A DNA stretch of 59,231 bases, counting the filler. It is 4 parts of 4 records of this genome, joined end to end, with 100 filler letters (N's around TTAATTAATTAA, not from the genome) between each part and the next. Parts side by side here need not be neighbours in the genome. Positions count along the whole stretch, not along the records: positions 44,481 to 59,231 come from SRR2962707_5446; 3 more parts are not named here. One strand, 5' to 3'. Position 1 is the stretch's first letter. Each line of letters starts with the position of its first letter. This document shows positions 57,553-59,231 of this stretch, piece by piece. The position numbers and the translations under genes were made by a program. The notes below the pieces were generated by a model. The model was not told where the DNA came from and made no database searches. It saw only the letters and a program-made list of their open reading frames with translations.

Positions 57553-59231
57553 ATGAAATTGACACCTCCCGCGGCGGCGCCGCGCGCCGAGAAGCGGCCG
57601 CAGCCCGATGAACATCACGGCATCACCCGCATCGACAACTACGCCTGGTTGCGCGATGAGAACTGGCGCGACGTCATGCGCGATCCGAATGTTCTGAACG
57701 GGGATATCCGTGCCTATCTCGAAGCCGAGAACACCTATACGGAAGAGGCGTTGAAGCCACTCGCCGAACTCCGCGACACGCTCTTTAAGGAAATGAAGGG
57801 CCGCATCAAGGAAGACGACAGTTCCGTGCCGTCGCCGGACGGACCATTCGCCTATTACACGCGGTTTGTCGAAGGCGCGCAGCATCCTCTCTTCTGCCGG
57901 CGGCCGCGCGATGCGGAAAGCGGCGAACAGATTATCCTCGATGCCAACAAGGAAGCGGAAGGGGAAGCCTATTTTCGGGTCGGCGACGTCGATCACGCGC
58001 CCGCTCACAACCTCGTTGCATGGTCGGCGGACCGCAAGGGCTCCGAATATTTCACCGTCCGGCTGCGCGATCTCGCAACGGGCGTGGACCTCGACGATGA
58101 GGTGCCCGACACATCGCCCGGCATCGCGTGGGACGCGGAGGGAAAGAGTTTTCTCTATACGCAGGTCGATGACGAGCATCGCCCGCTCAAGGTCTTTCGG
58201 CATGTCGTCGGCACGCCAACCTCGGAGGACAAGCTCGTCTATGCAGAACAGGACGACGGCTTCTTTGTCGGCGTCGGCAAGACGCAAAGCGGCAAATGGC
58301 TCGTCATATCAAGCCACGATCATCAGACAAGCGAGGTCTATCTCGTTCCCGCCAGCGCGCCGGAGACGCCGCCGAAGCTCGTCGCACCGCGCGAGGACGG
58401 CGTTGAATACGATCTCGAACACGATGTGGCCCGCAACCGCTTCCTGATCCTCACCAATGCGGATGGTGCCGAAGATTTCAAGATCGTCGAAGCGCCGGAG
58501 GATGCGCCCGCCCGCGAGAACTGGCGCGACTTTATTCCGCACCGTCCGGGCACGCTGATCCTCAACCATGTCGGCTATCGCGACCATTATGTGCGGCTTG
58601 AGCGGCAGGGCGGCTTGCCGCGTATCGTGGTTCGCCGCTTGTCTGACGGCGCGGAACACGAGATTGCCTTCGACGAGGAAGCCTACGACCTCAACATGGG
58701 TGCGGGCTACGAATACGACACGACGCGGATGCGCTTCTCCTACAGCTCGATGACGACGCCCGCCGAAGTTTACGATTACGATCTCGAAACGCGGGAGCGC
58801 AGCTTGCGCAAGCGGCAGGAAGTACCTTCCGGCCACGACGCGGCGGACTATGTGACCCGCCGCATCTTCGCGACGGCGGCGGATGGCGAGCGGGTGCCGA
58901 TATCGCTGGTCCACAGACGTGGCCTCGCGCTCGACGGCAGCGCGCCCTGTCTTCTTTATGGCTATGGCTCCTACGGCATCAGCATCCCTGCATCCTTCTC
59001 CACGACCTGTCTGTCGCTTGTCGATCGCGGCTTCGTCTATGCCGTGGCGCATATCAGGGGCGGCAAGGAGAAAGGATATGGCTGGTACACGGACGGCAAG
59101 CGGCTGACGAAGCGCAACACCTTCACCGATTTCATCGCGGCGGGCGAGTATCTGTCGAAGGAAGGCTTCACATCGCGCGGCAACATCGTCGCGCATGGCG
59201 GCAGCGCGGGCGGCATGCTGATGGGCGCGGT
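57553..59231 (+). CDS. ptrB: Oligopeptidase B (S9 family), runs off the window end; absent from the ORF track
   Basis: Own translation of both ends: MKLTPP...HGITRIDNYAWLRD and YGYGSYG...HIRGG...GGSAGG nucleophile motif. Confidence 0.92.
   Translation, partial: MKLTPPAAAPRAEKRPQPDEHHGITRIDNYAWLRDENWRDVMRDPNVLNGDIRAYLEAENTYTEEALKPLAELRDTLFKEMKGRIKEDDSSVPSPDGPFAYYTRFVEGAQHPLFCRRPRDAESGEQIILDANKEAEGEAYFRVGDVDHAPAHNLVAWSADRKGSEYFTVRLRDLATGVDLDDEVPDTSPGIAWDAEGKSFLYTQVDDEHRPLKVFRHVVGTPTSEDKLVYAEQDDGFFVGVGKTQSGKWLVISSHDHQTSEVYLVPASAPETPPKLVAPREDGVEYDLEHDVARNRFLILTNADGAEDFKIVEAPEDAPARENWRDFIPHRPGTLILNHVGYRDHYVRLERQGGLPRIVVRRLSDGAEHEIAFDEEAYDLNMGAGYEYDTTRMRFSYSSMTTPAEVYDYDLETRERSLRKRQEVPSGHDAADYVTRRIFATAADGERVPISLVHRRGLALDGSAPCLLYGYGSYGISIPASFSTTCLSLVDRGFVYAVAHIRGGKEKGYGWYTDGKRLTKRNTFTDFIAAGEYLSKEGFTSRGNIVAHGGSAGGMLMGA

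Noticed and set aside
57514-59196. 257-aa and 295-aa minus-strand ORFs
   Set aside because: Antisense to ptrB, which the ORF track omitted because it has no stop in the window.

Overview
The window is not one locus. It is four contigs joined by 100-nt artificial linkers (Ns around TTAATTAATTAA) at 7325-7424, 35114-35213 and 44381-44480. Contigs A (1-7324) and D (44481-59231) are visibly GC-rich alphaproteobacterial DNA (my impression is Parvibaculum-like). Contigs B (7425-35113) and C (35214-44380) are lower in GC and look Rhodobacteraceae/Roseobacter-like. A: mtgA, a glycine-zipper lipoprotein, a persulfide dioxygenase-like hydrolase with two YeeE/YedE genes, mtnBDC, a winged-helix protein, a lipoprotein and the 3' end of tRNA-fMet. 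B (accessory): an autotransporter behind a perfect FNR box; a LuxI synthase with no luxR on the contig but with a membrane histidine kinase, an Hpt protein and a response regulator; a tRNA-derived att remnant; a methyltransferase plus iron-type ABC transporter with TGA-N9-TCA boxes; a 13-kb LysR-centred catabolic cluster whose two promoters share an operator; a patatin; and a frameshifted YHYH gene. C: a Tad/Flp pilus locus beside tRNA-Met. D: a citrate synthase/HTH-citrate synthase pair, paralogous MFS genes around a Baeyer-Villiger-type monooxygenase, an antiporter, fatty-acid metabolism genes, msrB and ptrB. Best candidates for an undescribed system are the LuxR-less luxI/kinase/Hpt/regulator module and the LysR regulon for an unknown nitrogenous substrate. 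All calls come from motif recognition by eye; no searches were run.
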